Shown here one piece after another: positions 27,265 to 35,872 of a stretch of DNA of 64,000 nucleotides. Numbering within the stretch: position 1 is the first letter of the stretch; every line of letters begins with the position of its first letter. The notes beneath the pieces were generated by a model, which saw only the letters and a list, made by a program, of their open reading frames with translations, was not told the origin of the DNA and searched no databases. The DNA comes from an uncultured Actinomycetes bacterium (GTDB lineage Bacteria > Actinomycetota > Thermoleophilia > Gaiellales > JAICJC01), in contig CAWJLQ010000009.1 of NCBI GenBank assembly GCA_963843705.1, forward strand, positions 56,770 to 120,769. Direction: 5' to 3'. Both the position numbers and the translations under genes were made by a program.

Positions 27265-28151
27265 ACCGCCACCCGCACCCCGCCGGCCTCGAGCAGCGGC
27301 ACGGGGCGCAGCTGGAGCGGCTCGCCTCCCGCCGCCCGGCCCGCGCGGGGGAGGTCGAACTCCACCCCGCACGACGGGCAGCGCAGCATCCCGTCGGCCA
27401 GCGTGCCCGCGCACAGCGGCTCGCCGCAGGCGGCGCACCCGTCCACGTAGGCGAGCAGCGAGCCGGCGACGTTCGCGACCAGCAGGGAGACGCCGTCGGC
27501 CTCGAGCGCGCGCACGCCGCCCGGCTCGAGCTCCTCCGCCGCGGTGAGGGGCACCCACCGCGGCGGAGGTTCGGCCGCCGCGACCGGTTCGAGCGCCCCG
27601 CCGGCATGGAGGACGGGGAGCTCCAGCGAGAAGCGGGTGCGGCGGCCGCTCGGGGGGGTCTCTGCGACGCCCTGGACGTCGAGGCCCGCCAGGTCGGGCG
27701 CATGCTCGTCCAGCGCCTGCTTGATGGCCAGCTCGAGCGTCGCCCGCGACGCGGCGCAGCCGTTGCAGCTGCCCGTCAGCGCGAGCCTGGCCACGCCGTC
27801 CTCGAGCCCGAGCAGCTCGACGTCGCCGCCGTGCGAGGCCATGTACGGCCGCACCGTGGCGAGCGCCTCGGCCACCCGCTGCTCGAGCGCGACCGGGTAG
27901 AGGTCGTGGATCAGGAGCAGGCTCGACACGGTGCCGTCCTGCACGAGCGCATCGCGCACGATGGCGCCGGGCCCACCGGATTCGTCGAGCGCGGCCATGA
28001 TCCGGGCCAGCCCCTCGCCGTACATGGCGATCACCGCGCCCACCAGCTCCGCGGCCACGTCGCGGGCATGCGGATCGGCCAGGCCGTCGAGCTCCGCCTG
28101 GAGCTCGGAGACCCGGGCGACGAGGTCGTCGGGGACGCCGTCGCCGGTCAT
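27261..28151 (-). CDS. hhyE: NifU-domain Fe-S protein with C-terminal Rieske-like domain (HhyE-like)
   Basis: LLLIHDLYP, VRPYMASHGGDVEL, GSCNGC NifU motif. Directly after hhyL. Confidence 0.8.
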   Translation of the reverse strand: MTGDGVPDDLVARVSELQAELDGLADPHARDVAAELVGAVIAMYGEGLARIMAALDESGGPGAIVRDALVQDGTVSSLLLIHDLYPVALEQRVAEALATVRPYMASHGGDVELLGLEDGVARLALTGSCNGCAASRATLELAIKQALDEHAPDLAGLDVQGVAETPPSGRRTRFSLELPVLHAGGALEPVAAAEPPPRWVPLTAAEELEPGGVRALEADGVSLLVANVAGSLLAYVDGCAACGEPLCAGTLADGMLRCPSCGVEFDLPRAGRAAGGEPLQLRPVPLLEAGGVRVAV

Positions 28152-28152
28152 G

Positions 28153-29931
28153 TCACGCGAGCCCGGTCGGGGTGTGGACCACCTTTCGCACCTTTCCGGC
28201 GCCGGTGTACATGTGCACGCCGCAGGGCAGGCACGGGTCGAAGCTGCGCACGGCGCGCATGATGTCCACGCCCTTGAAGTTCTCCGGGCCGTTCTCCTCG
28301 AAGATGGGCGTGTTCTGGACGGCGTCCTCGTACGGGCCGGGGGTGCCGTAGGTGTCGCGCGGGCTGGCGTTCCACGGCGTCGGCGGGTACGGCTGGTAGT
28401 TCGCGATCTTGCCGTCGCGGATCACCATGTGGTGCGAGAGCACGCCGCGGGCCGCCTCGTGGAAGCCGCAGCTGACGGCCTGGTCGGGCACCTTGAACTC
28501 GCGCCACGACTTCGTCCGCCCGGCCCGCACCTCCTTGAGCGCCCGCTCGAGGCAGTGCAGCCCGACGAGCGCGGCGTAGGCCTGGTGGTACGACCGCGCC
28601 CGGTCGCGCTCGACGGCGTTGGACTTCTCCGGCACCTTCCACTCGAGCTCCATCTCCGGCAGCGCGGCCGACTTCGGGAGCACCATCTGGATGGAGTCGC
28701 CCGTGGCCTTGAGGTAGCCGAAGTCGACGATGCCGGCCTTGGCGGTGCACCACTGGCGGGCGAACGGGCCGCCGCCGGTGTCGCAGCAGACGTGCTCGCC
28801 GGTGCGCTTGTCGAAGATGCGCGGCGACACCACCCAGCTGTACTTGTCGGCGAAGTCGCGCTTCTGCGGCTTGGGCAGCGTCTGCTTGTTCCACGGGTGG
28901 TTCTTGTCGACCGGGTTCCCCAGCGGGTCGTGGGTGACGAAGGTGGGCTCGTTCTCCCAGCCGTCGAAGTACGAGCTCCCGAGCAGGATGCGGATCATCA
29001 GGTTGATCTCGACCAGGTCGGTGGTGACCAGCTCGCCGTTGATCGCGATCCCCGGCGTGATGTAGCGGTGGCGGCCCCACTCGGTCATCGTCTTGTAGTC
29101 GTAGTCGACGTAGTCGGGGTCGTCGAAGCAGCCCCAGTTGACGAGGTTCGTCTCGCGGTAGCCGACCATGTCGTACCCCGGCAGCTCCTGCAGGAAGAAG
29201 TCGTACAGGTCGTCGTGCATGGGCACGGTGCGCTTGACGTAGTCCATGTAGCGCATCAGGCGCACGTAGTAGTCGGTCAGCGTCTGATGGGTGATGTCCG
29301 CGCTGCAGCCGCCCGGCATGATCGTCGAGGGATGCGTGTGCCGACCGCCGAAGAGGCAGTACATCTCACGCGTGTAGCGCGCCACCTGGAGCGTCTCCAG
29401 ATAGAAGCTGCCGGTGAACGGGTTGAGCGCCCGCATGATGTCGGCGATCGTCGCGTAACCGTGGATGTCCTTGTGCGGCGCCGACGTGTTCTCGGCCTTG
29501 GCGAGCAGGGTCGGGTTCGTGTCCTTCACCATCTGCTCGCAGAAGTCCACGTTCGCCATGCAGTCGTTGAAGATCGCGTGGTCGAACATGTAGTCGGCCG
29601 ACTCGGCCAGGTTGAACGCGAGATCGCCGAGCGGCGGCGGCTTCACCGAGTAGGCCATGTTCTGGTTCAGGCACGAGCACGTGCAGTGGTTGTCGCCGCA
29701 GATCCCGCAGATGCGGCTGGTGATGAAGTGCGCGTCGCGTGGGTCGATGCCCTTCATGAAGATGTCGAACCCGCGGAACACCATCGAGGTCGAGTAGCAC
29801 TTCAGCACCTGGCGGTTCGTGAAGTCGATCTCCGTGTGGATCCCGAGGCTGCCGACGATGCGCGTGATCGGATCCCACGACATCTCCTTGACGACGACCT
29901 TGCGCTCGCCGGACGTCTCAACTGTTGCCAT
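28153..29931 (-). CDS. hhyL: Group 1h [NiFe]-hydrogenase large subunit
   Basis: WDPITRIVGSLG, L1 SRICGICGDNH and L2 SFDPCLPCGVH, the group 1h signatures. RBS GGAGGAG before the ATG at 29931. Confidence 0.97.
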   Translation of the reverse strand: MATVETSGERKVVVKEMSWDPITRIVGSLGIHTEIDFTNRQVLKCYSTSMVFRGFDIFMKGIDPRDAHFITSRICGICGDNHCTCSCLNQNMAYSVKPPPLGDLAFNLAESADYMFDHAIFNDCMANVDFCEQMVKDTNPTLLAKAENTSAPHKDIHGYATIADIMRALNPFTGSFYLETLQVARYTREMYCLFGGRHTHPSTIMPGGCSADITHQTLTDYYVRLMRYMDYVKRTVPMHDDLYDFFLQELPGYDMVGYRETNLVNWGCFDDPDYVDYDYKTMTEWGRHRYITPGIAINGELVTTDLVEINLMIRILLGSSYFDGWENEPTFVTHDPLGNPVDKNHPWNKQTLPKPQKRDFADKYSWVVSPRIFDKRTGEHVCCDTGGGPFARQWCTAKAGIVDFGYLKATGDSIQMVLPKSAALPEMELEWKVPEKSNAVERDRARSYHQAYAALVGLHCLERALKEVRAGRTKSWREFKVPDQAVSCGFHEAARGVLSHHMVIRDGKIANYQPYPPTPWNASPRDTYGTPGPYEDAVQNTPIFEENGPENFKGVDIMRAVRSFDPCLPCGVHMYTGAGKVRKVVHTPTGLA

Positions 29932-29939
29932 CTCTCCTC

Positions 29940-31004
29940 CTACCAGCGCTTGGCGTAGCCGGTTGAGAGGCGCGCGCCGCGGCGGCGCCACTCCGGCTCG
30001 ACGTCGTAGTTGTTCTTCATGTGCCGCATGCGGAAGTAGTGGATCATGGGGCCGTAGCTGAACCGCTCGAAGTTCGCGGCCGCCTTGCCCCACTTGTCGG
30101 GCTCCATGAACGGCATGTACTTGTCGGGGAAGCCCGGCATCGTGCAGGCCATGCAGATGCCGCCGACGTTCGGGCAGCCGCCGATGCCGTTGACCCATCC
30201 CCGGACGGGGACGTTGCACTTCGTGACCGGCCCCTTGCATCCGAGCTTCACGAGGCAGCGGTGGTCGGAGCCGTACTCCTCCGCGAACCGGCCCTGCTCG
30301 ACGAAGCCGGCGCGATTGCAGCCCTCGCGGGTCGTGCGCCCGAAGAGCCACTTCGGCCGCAGCTGGTCGTCCAGCTCCGGCGCCGGCGCCATCCCGGCCA
30401 GGTGGAACACGAGATACATCAGCGTCTCGGTCATGTTGTCGGGCTGGGCGGGGCAGCCCGGGATGCAGACGACGGGCAGGCCGGCCGTCGACTTCCACTT
30501 CCAGCCCAGGTAGTCGGGCAGGCCCATGGCGCCCGTGGGGTTGTTCTTCATCGCCGGGATGCCGCCGTAGGTGGCGCACGTGCCGACGGCGACCACCGCC
30601 GCGGCCTTCGGCGCCAGCCGGTCGACCCACTCGTTGGTCGTGATCGGCTGGCCGGTGTCGGGGTTCACGCCGAACCCGGACCAGTGGCCGTCGCCGTTGA
30701 TCTCCTCGTTGCCGATCGACCCCTCGACGACGAGCACGAACGGGTCGAGCTTGCCCTCCTCGGCGTCGTACCAGGCCTGGATGTACTCGTCGCCGACCTC
30801 GAACGCGATCACCTGGTTGTGGATCACGACCTTGGGCATGCCGGGGATGACGCCCTGGATGATGTCCTCGAGGCTGGGGCTGGTCGCCGACGTCATGGCG
30901 ACCGAGTCGCCCTCGCAGGAGAGCCCCGTCGTCATCCAGAGGACGTGCGCGGTCACCTGCTCGGTCGCCGTCTGGTTGGGTGCGTATTCGATTCCGCTCG
31001 CCAT
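29940..31004 (-). CDS. hhyS: Group 1h [NiFe]-hydrogenase small subunit (no Tat signal)
   Basis: GLSCEGDS, GTCATYGGI, PGCP, CLVKLGCKGP..KCN, GGCPNVGGICMACTMPGFPD. Adjacent to hhyL. Confidence 0.96.
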   Translation of the reverse strand: MASGIEYAPNQTATEQVTAHVLWMTTGLSCEGDSVAMTSATSPSLEDIIQGVIPGMPKVVIHNQVIAFEVGDEYIQAWYDAEEGKLDPFVLVVEGSIGNEEINGDGHWSGFGVNPDTGQPITTNEWVDRLAPKAAAVVAVGTCATYGGIPAMKNNPTGAMGLPDYLGWKWKSTAGLPVVCIPGCPAQPDNMTETLMYLVFHLAGMAPAPELDDQLRPKWLFGRTTREGCNRAGFVEQGRFAEEYGSDHRCLVKLGCKGPVTKCNVPVRGWVNGIGGCPNVGGICMACTMPGFPDKYMPFMEPDKWGKAAANFERFSYGPMIHYFRMRHMKNNYDVEPEWRRRGARLSTGYAKRW

Positions 31005-31040
31005 CGCCTTCCTCTCCTCGGAGTCCGCCCGTCCGTCGCC

Positions 31041-32147
31041 TCAACAGATCCGCGGCAGCGGATCGCCCACCAGCTGGTCCATCACCCTCCGGCCGCCGAA
31101 GGCCGTCTCCACGAGCACCATCCCCGGCGGCTCGCTGCGCACCTCGCCGATCGCCGCCGCCCCCTCGCTGCCCGCGGCCGAGCGCAGGGCGGCCAGGGCG
31201 GCGTCCGCGCCGTCGGGCGCGACGAACGCCACCAGCCTGCCCTCGTTGGCGACGTACATCGGGTCGATCCCGAGCAGCTCGGCCGCGGCCTTGACGACCG
31301 GCGCCACCGGGACGTCCGCCTCGCGCACCACCACCGCCACGCCGGAGGCGCGGGCGAGCTCGTTCAGCACCGAGGCGACCCCGCCGCGGGTGGCGTCGCG
31401 CATGCAGTGCAGGCGGTCGCCGGCGGCATCGAGCAGCGCGTCCACCGCGGGCCAGAGCGAGCGGGTGTCCGACTCGATCTCGGCGTCGAGGTCGAACTGG
31501 TTCCGCGCCAGCATGATGGCCGTGCCGTGCTCGCCGATCGGCCCCGAGACGAGCACGTGGTCGCCGGGGCGGATGGCGTCCGGCGCCACCCGGGCGCGCG
31601 GATCGATCACGCCGATGCCGGTGGTGCAGACGTACATGCCGTCGGCGGCGCCGCGCTCGACGACCTTCGTGTCGCCGCCGACGACCTCGATGCCGGCGGC
31701 CGTCGCCGCGGCCGCGATCGCCTCGATCTCGGCCCGGAGCACGTCGGCGTCCAGGCCCTCCTCGAGGATCAGCGAGACCGTCATCGCCACCGGCCGTGCA
31801 CCCGAGACGGCCAGGTCGTTGACCGTGCCGTTCACGGCCAGCTCGCCGATCGACCCGCCCGGGAAGCGCAGCGGCCGCACGACGAAGCTGTCGGTGGTCA
31901 TCGCCAGCCGGGCTCCGCCGATCTCGACCGCGCCCGCGTCGGCGAGCGCCGCGAGCGCCCCCGACTCCTCGGGAGCGAACGCCGGGACGAGCAGGGCGTC
32001 GATCAGCGTCTGGGTGGCCTTCCCGCCCGCGCCGTGTGCGAGCGTCACCTGCTTGTCGCGGAACCGCGGGCGGCGCGAGCGGACGTGCTCGATCCGGTCG
32101 AGCACCTGCTGCTCGCGGTCGCTCGGGGCCTCACCGGCGGTCTTCAC
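31041..32147 (-). CDS. hypE: Hydrogenase maturation carbamoyl dehydratase
   Basis: LAHGAGG, TTDSFVV, GGDTKVV, MRDATRGG, C-terminal PRIC. GTG at 32147. Confidence 0.97.
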   Translation of the reverse strand: MKTAGEAPSDREQQVLDRIEHVRSRRPRFRDKQVTLAHGAGGKATQTLIDALLVPAFAPEESGALAALADAGAVEIGGARLAMTTDSFVVRPLRFPGGSIGELAVNGTVNDLAVSGARPVAMTVSLILEEGLDADVLRAEIEAIAAAATAAGIEVVGGDTKVVERGAADGMYVCTTGIGVIDPRARVAPDAIRPGDHVLVSGPIGEHGTAIMLARNQFDLDAEIESDTRSLWPAVDALLDAAGDRLHCMRDATRGGVASVLNELARASGVAVVVREADVPVAPVVKAAAELLGIDPMYVANEGRLVAFVAPDGADAALAALRSAAGSEGAAAIGEVRSEPPGMVLVETAFGGRRVMDQLVGDPLPRIC

Positions 32148-33259
32148 ACGACCTCCCGCTCGCGCGCCAGGCGGCCGTAGTTGTAGTAGGCCGCGCACGC
32201 CCCCTCGGGCGACACCATGCACGTCCCGATCGCGTGCTCGGGCGTGCACGCCGTGCCGAACACCTTGCACTCCCACGGCTTGATGACGCCTTTCAGCACC
32301 TCGCCGCACTGGCACGCCTTCGGGTCGGCGACGCGCACGCCGGGCACCTCGAAGCGGGCCTCGGCGTCGAAGTCGCGGTAGGCGTCGGAGAGGCGCAGCG
32401 CGCTCTGCGAGATGAAGCCGAGGCCGCGCCACTCGAAGTGCGGCCGCAGCTCGAACACCTCGGCCATCACCTCGAGCGCGCGCAGGTTGCCCTCGCGCGG
32501 CACGACCCGCGTGTACTGGTTCTCGACCTGGCACCGCCCGGCGCGCAGCTGCCGCAGGATCATCAGGATCGACTGCAGGATGTCGAGCGGCTCGAAGCCC
32601 GAGATCACGACCGGGCGGCCGTAGTCGGCGGGGATGAAGTCGAACGGCCGGGCGCCGACGACGGTGCACACGTGGCCGGGGCCGATGAACCCGTCCAGCC
32701 GCAGGTCGGGGGACTCGAGCAGCGCCCGCAGCGGCGGCACGATCGTGACGTGGTTGCAGATGCACGAGAAGTTGCGCAGCCCCTCGGCCTTGGCCCGCTT
32801 CAGCGTCAGCGCGGTGGAGGGGGCGGTGGTCTCGAAGCCGATGGCGAAGAACACCACCTCGCGGTCGGGATGCTCGCGCGCGATCCGCAGGGCGTCGAGC
32901 GGGGAGTAGACCATGCGCACGTCGGCGCCCTTCGCCTTCGCGTCGAGCAGCGTCTCCTCGGAGCCCGGGACGCGCAGCATGTCGCCGAAGCAGGTGAAGA
33001 TGACGCCGTCGCGGCGGGCGACGGCGATGCCGTCGTCGACGCGGCCCATCGGGATCACGCAGACCGGGCAGCCGGGGCCGTGCACCAGCTCGACGTTCGC
33101 CGGCAGCAGGTCGTCGATGCCGTACTTGTAGATCGAGTGGGTGTGGCCGCCGCAGACCTCCATCACCTTGTAGTGGCGCCCCGGCTCGAGCTCGGACAGG
33201 ATCTCCCCGGCGAGCGCGCGGCCGAGCTCGGCGTCGCGGAACTCGTCGACGAACTTCAT
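32144..33259 (-). CDS. hypD: Hydrogenase maturation protein HypD
   Basis: MEVCGGHTH, GPGCPVCV, GFETT, PGHV, CMVSPEGAC. Confidence 0.97.
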   Translation of the reverse strand: MKFVDEFRDAELGRALAGEILSELEPGRHYKVMEVCGGHTHSIYKYGIDDLLPANVELVHGPGCPVCVIPMGRVDDGIAVARRDGVIFTCFGDMLRVPGSEETLLDAKAKGADVRMVYSPLDALRIAREHPDREVVFFAIGFETTAPSTALTLKRAKAEGLRNFSCICNHVTIVPPLRALLESPDLRLDGFIGPGHVCTVVGARPFDFIPADYGRPVVISGFEPLDILQSILMILRQLRAGRCQVENQYTRVVPREGNLRALEVMAEVFELRPHFEWRGLGFISQSALRLSDAYRDFDAEARFEVPGVRVADPKACQCGEVLKGVIKPWECKVFGTACTPEHAIGTCMVSPEGACAAYYNYGRLAREREVV

Positions 33260-33492
33260 GCGCGGTCCTCCTCGAGGCGGCCGATGGCGACGCCGGCGTG
33301 GACGAGCACCCGGTCACCCGGCTCGACCGGCCAGACGAGGTCGCAGGCCACGTCCTCGGTGGCGTCGGCGTCGTCTGCGCACAGCGCGAACGCGTCGGCG
33401 TCGACGCGCAGGACGCGCATCGGCACGCCCGTGTCGCCGCAGGTGATGCAGCCCGGCGTTGCGTCGCAGGCAGGGGCGGGATCGGCGCTCAT
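33256..33492 (-). CDS. Atypical HypC/HupF-family chaperone (CITCGD N-terminus)
   Basis: PGDRVLVHAGVAI HypC core. Lacks MCLAIP and has GCITCGD instead. ATG at 33492 overlaps the hypC stop. Confidence 0.8.
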   Translation of the reverse strand: MSADPAPACDATPGCITCGDTGVPMRVLRVDADAFALCADDADATEDVACDLVWPVEPGDRVLVHAGVAIGRLEEDRA

Positions 33493-33770
33493 TCGATCAC
33501 GCTCGCCCGCAGCTCCTCCAGCTCCTGCTCGTACTCGGCCCCCATCTGCTCGAGCAGGCGCAGCGTCGCGTGCGCCTCCTCCTCGTCCACCTTGGACAGG
33601 GCGAAGCCGACGTGGATCAGCACCCAGTCGCCGGGGCGGGCGCCTCCGCCCTGGTCGTCCTGGAGCAGGCTGACGTTGATGTTGCGGCGGACGCCGACGA
33701 CGTCGACGCGCGCGATCTGGTGCTCGGGATCGACCAGTTCCACGATCTGCCCGGGTATGGCCAAGCACAT
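33489..33770 (-). CDS. hypC: Hydrogenase maturation chaperone HypC
   Basis: MCLAIPG and GDWVLIHVGFA. Confidence 0.97.
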   Translation of the reverse strand: MCLAIPGQIVELVDPEHQIARVDVVGVRRNINVSLLQDDQGGGARPGDWVLIHVGFALSKVDEEEAHATLRLLEQMGAEYEQELEELRASVIE

Positions 33771-33858
33771 GGAGCACTCCCCTTCCTGGTCGGCCGGGCG
33801 ACGCGCCGAGTGCCCGGCAGGAGTCGTATATCACCCTCTGGAAACGGGTTCTCGTCCG

Positions 33859-33945
33859 TGGTAATCCGGGTGACGGTAATCACGATTACCATACTTCCCG
33901 CCCTCGGGAGGCGACCGCATCCGGACGGCGGAAGCGGCGTACACT
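33859..33945. promoter_or_regulatory. Divergent promoter region with Crp-like site and GGTAATC/GATTACC palindrome
   Basis: GGTGA-N6-TCACG at 33869-33884; GGTAATC-ac-GATTACC at 33875-33890; candidate -10 TATGGT (minus, 33893-33888) for hypC and TACACT (plus, 33940-33945) for crp. Confidence 0.6.
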
Positions 33946-33961
33946 GTGACCTTCAGCAGGC

Positions 33962-34804
33962 GTGGACGGGAGGTTCGAACTGGGACCCGACGCCAGCGAC
34001 GGCGTCCACCCGCGATGGACCGGCCGGCGGGCGGCGCCCGAGCGCCCGAGCTCGTACCGCTACCTGCTCGACCTCGACCTCGACCTGGCCGACGCATTCG
34101 ACGTCCGCATGCGCCTCGTCGCCCGGCCGGCCGTGACGGCGGTGACGTGCGAGGTGGCCGCCGGCGAGCTCGACCTGGCCGGGCCGCAGACCCAGCCGGC
34201 GCAGCTGGGCGTGCTCGTGCTGGCCGGCGTCGTCGTCGTGAGCGTGCGCGTCTGCGACCGCGTGGCCGCGGAGCTGGTCGGCGCCGGCGACCTGCTCCAG
34301 CTCTGCGGCGGCGGGGACGACGACCTGGTCGAGTGCGACGTCGGCTGGCGGGCGCTCGTGCCCAGCCGGTTCGCCCTGCTCGACGAGGCGTTCGCGGAGC
34401 GCACCCGGCCGTGGCCGCAGGTCACCCAGGCGCTGCTGCAGCGGACCGCCCGCCGGATGCGCAACCTGCAGATGCAGCGCGCGATCGCCTCGCAGCCGCG
34501 GCTCGAGGTACGGCTCGCGCTTCTGCTCTGGCACCTGGCCGCCCGCTGGGGCCGGGTCGAGCCCGGCGGGATCCGGCTGCCCCTGCCGCTCACGCATCAG
34601 CTGCTGGGGAAGCTGGTCGGCGCGGAACGGCCGTCGGTGTCGAACGCGCTCGGCCGGCTCGCCCACGCCGGGCTCGTCACCGGGCGCAGCGACGCGTGGC
34701 TCCTGCACGGGTCGATCGAGCGCCAGCTCGCCGCGCTCGGCGAGCCCAGCGAGGGCCGCGCCCACCGCCTCGCGGCCACGATCGGGTCGGGGCGGGGAGG
34801 GTGA
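33962..34804 (+). CDS. Crp/Fnr family transcriptional regulator
   Basis: cNMP-like N-domain (AELVGAGDLL), then RLALLLWHLAARWG and LPLTHQLLGKLVGAERPSVSNAL Crp-type HTH. Start uncertain. Confidence 0.85.
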   Translation: MDGRFELGPDASDGVHPRWTGRRAAPERPSSYRYLLDLDLDLADAFDVRMRLVARPAVTAVTCEVAAGELDLAGPQTQPAQLGVLVLAGVVVVSVRVCDRVAAELVGAGDLLQLCGGGDDDLVECDVGWRALVPSRFALLDEAFAERTRPWPQVTQALLQRTARRMRNLQMQRAIASQPRLEVRLALLLWHLAARWGRVEPGGIRLPLPLTHQLLGKLVGAERPSVSNALGRLAHAGLVTGRSDAWLLHGSIERQLAALGEPSEGRAHRLAATIGSGRGG

Positions 34805-35868
34805 CGCTGGAGCGGGTCGAGTTCACGTCCGAGCAGCGCGTCACCGAGCGCCGCATCGTCCACGTGGTGTGGCTGACGAGCGGTCTCGGCTGCGACGGCG
34901 ACTCGGTGGCGATGACCGCCGCCACGAGCCCCAGTCTGGAGGACCTCCTGCACGGGACGCTCCCCGGCATGCCCCGGATCGTGATCTACAACCCGGTGCT
35001 GGCCTTCGAGACCGGTGAGGAGTTCATGCGCGCCTTCCGTGCCGCCGCGGACGGGGAGCTCGACCCCTTCGTGCTGGTGCTCGAGGGCTCCGTGCCGAAC
35101 GAGGACATCAACGGCGACGGCCACTGGGCCGGCTTCGGCGTCGACCCGGAGACCGGCCAGCCGATCCTGACCACCGCGTGGATCGACCGCCTGGCGCCGC
35201 GGGCGGCCGCCGTGCTCGCGATGGGCACGTGCGCCGCCTACGGCGGCATCCCCGCGATGCGCGGCAACCCCACGGGCGCGATGGGGCTGCGCGACCACCT
35301 CGGCCACGGCTGGCGGTCACGGCTCGGCATTCCGATCGTGAACCTGCCCGGCTGCCCCGTGCAGCCGGACACCATCACCGAGACGCTGCTGCACCTGGCA
35401 CAGCACGTCGCCGGCGTCGAGGCGATGTTCGATCTGGACGACCAGGGCCGGCCCGAGTGGCTCTTCCCGCGCACGGTCCAGGAGGGCTGCGGCCGCGCCG
35501 GCTATGCGGTGGACGGCGTCTTCGCCGAGGATCCGTCCGACACCCGCGGCTGCCTGGTGAAGCTCGGCTGCATGGGCCCGGTGGCGAGGTGCAACGTGCC
35601 GATCAGGGGGTGGATCAACGGCGTCGGTGGGTGCCCGAACGTGGGCGGCATCTGCATCGCCTGCACGATGCCGGGGTTCCCCGACCGGTTCATGCCGTTC
35701 GTGCAGCCGAGCCCGCTGGGCGAGCTGGCGGCGGCCGGACGCCGGTTCACCTACGGCCCGATCCTGCGGCGGCTGCGGCGCAGCGCGATGCGGGAGCACT
35801 TCGACCGCGAGCCCGAGTGGCGCCGGGCGGGCGACACGCTCGCGAGCGGCTACGAGCCGCGCTGGTAG
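34801..35868 (+). CDS. Second group 1h-type hydrogenase small subunit (HhyS paralog) with no adjacent large subunit
   Basis: GLGCDGDS, GTCAAYGGI, PGCP, CLVKLGCMGP..RCN, GGCPNVGGICIACTMPGFPD. Colinear with hhyS. GTG overlaps the crp stop (GTGA). Confidence 0.93.
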   Translation: MTLERVEFTSEQRVTERRIVHVVWLTSGLGCDGDSVAMTAATSPSLEDLLHGTLPGMPRIVIYNPVLAFETGEEFMRAFRAAADGELDPFVLVLEGSVPNEDINGDGHWAGFGVDPETGQPILTTAWIDRLAPRAAAVLAMGTCAAYGGIPAMRGNPTGAMGLRDHLGHGWRSRLGIPIVNLPGCPVQPDTITETLLHLAQHVAGVEAMFDLDDQGRPEWLFPRTVQEGCGRAGYAVDGVFAEDPSDTRGCLVKLGCMGPVARCNVPIRGWINGVGGCPNVGGICIACTMPGFPDRFMPFVQPSPLGELAAAGRRFTYGPILRRLRRSAMREHFDREPEWRRAGDTLASGYEPRW

Positions 35869-35872
35869 GCCG

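Noticed and set aside
29845-29880. DPITRIVG instead of DPxTRIEG (missing proton-transfer Glu) in HhyL
   Set aside because: As I recall, this is the normal sequence for group 1h large subunits, so it is not a novelty.
28153-31044. 963-aa ORF suggesting an extended or fused hydrogenase large subunit
   Set aside because: The N-terminal part is an off-frame read of hhyS. The true start is the ATG at 29931 with a strong RBS.
29940-35868. Inverted hhyS/hhyS2 paralogs as an invertible (phase-variation) switch around the promoter
   Set aside because: Identity is patchy (short runs of about 20 nt), and no recombinase or dedicated crossover site is visible. Long reads showing both orientations would revive the idea.
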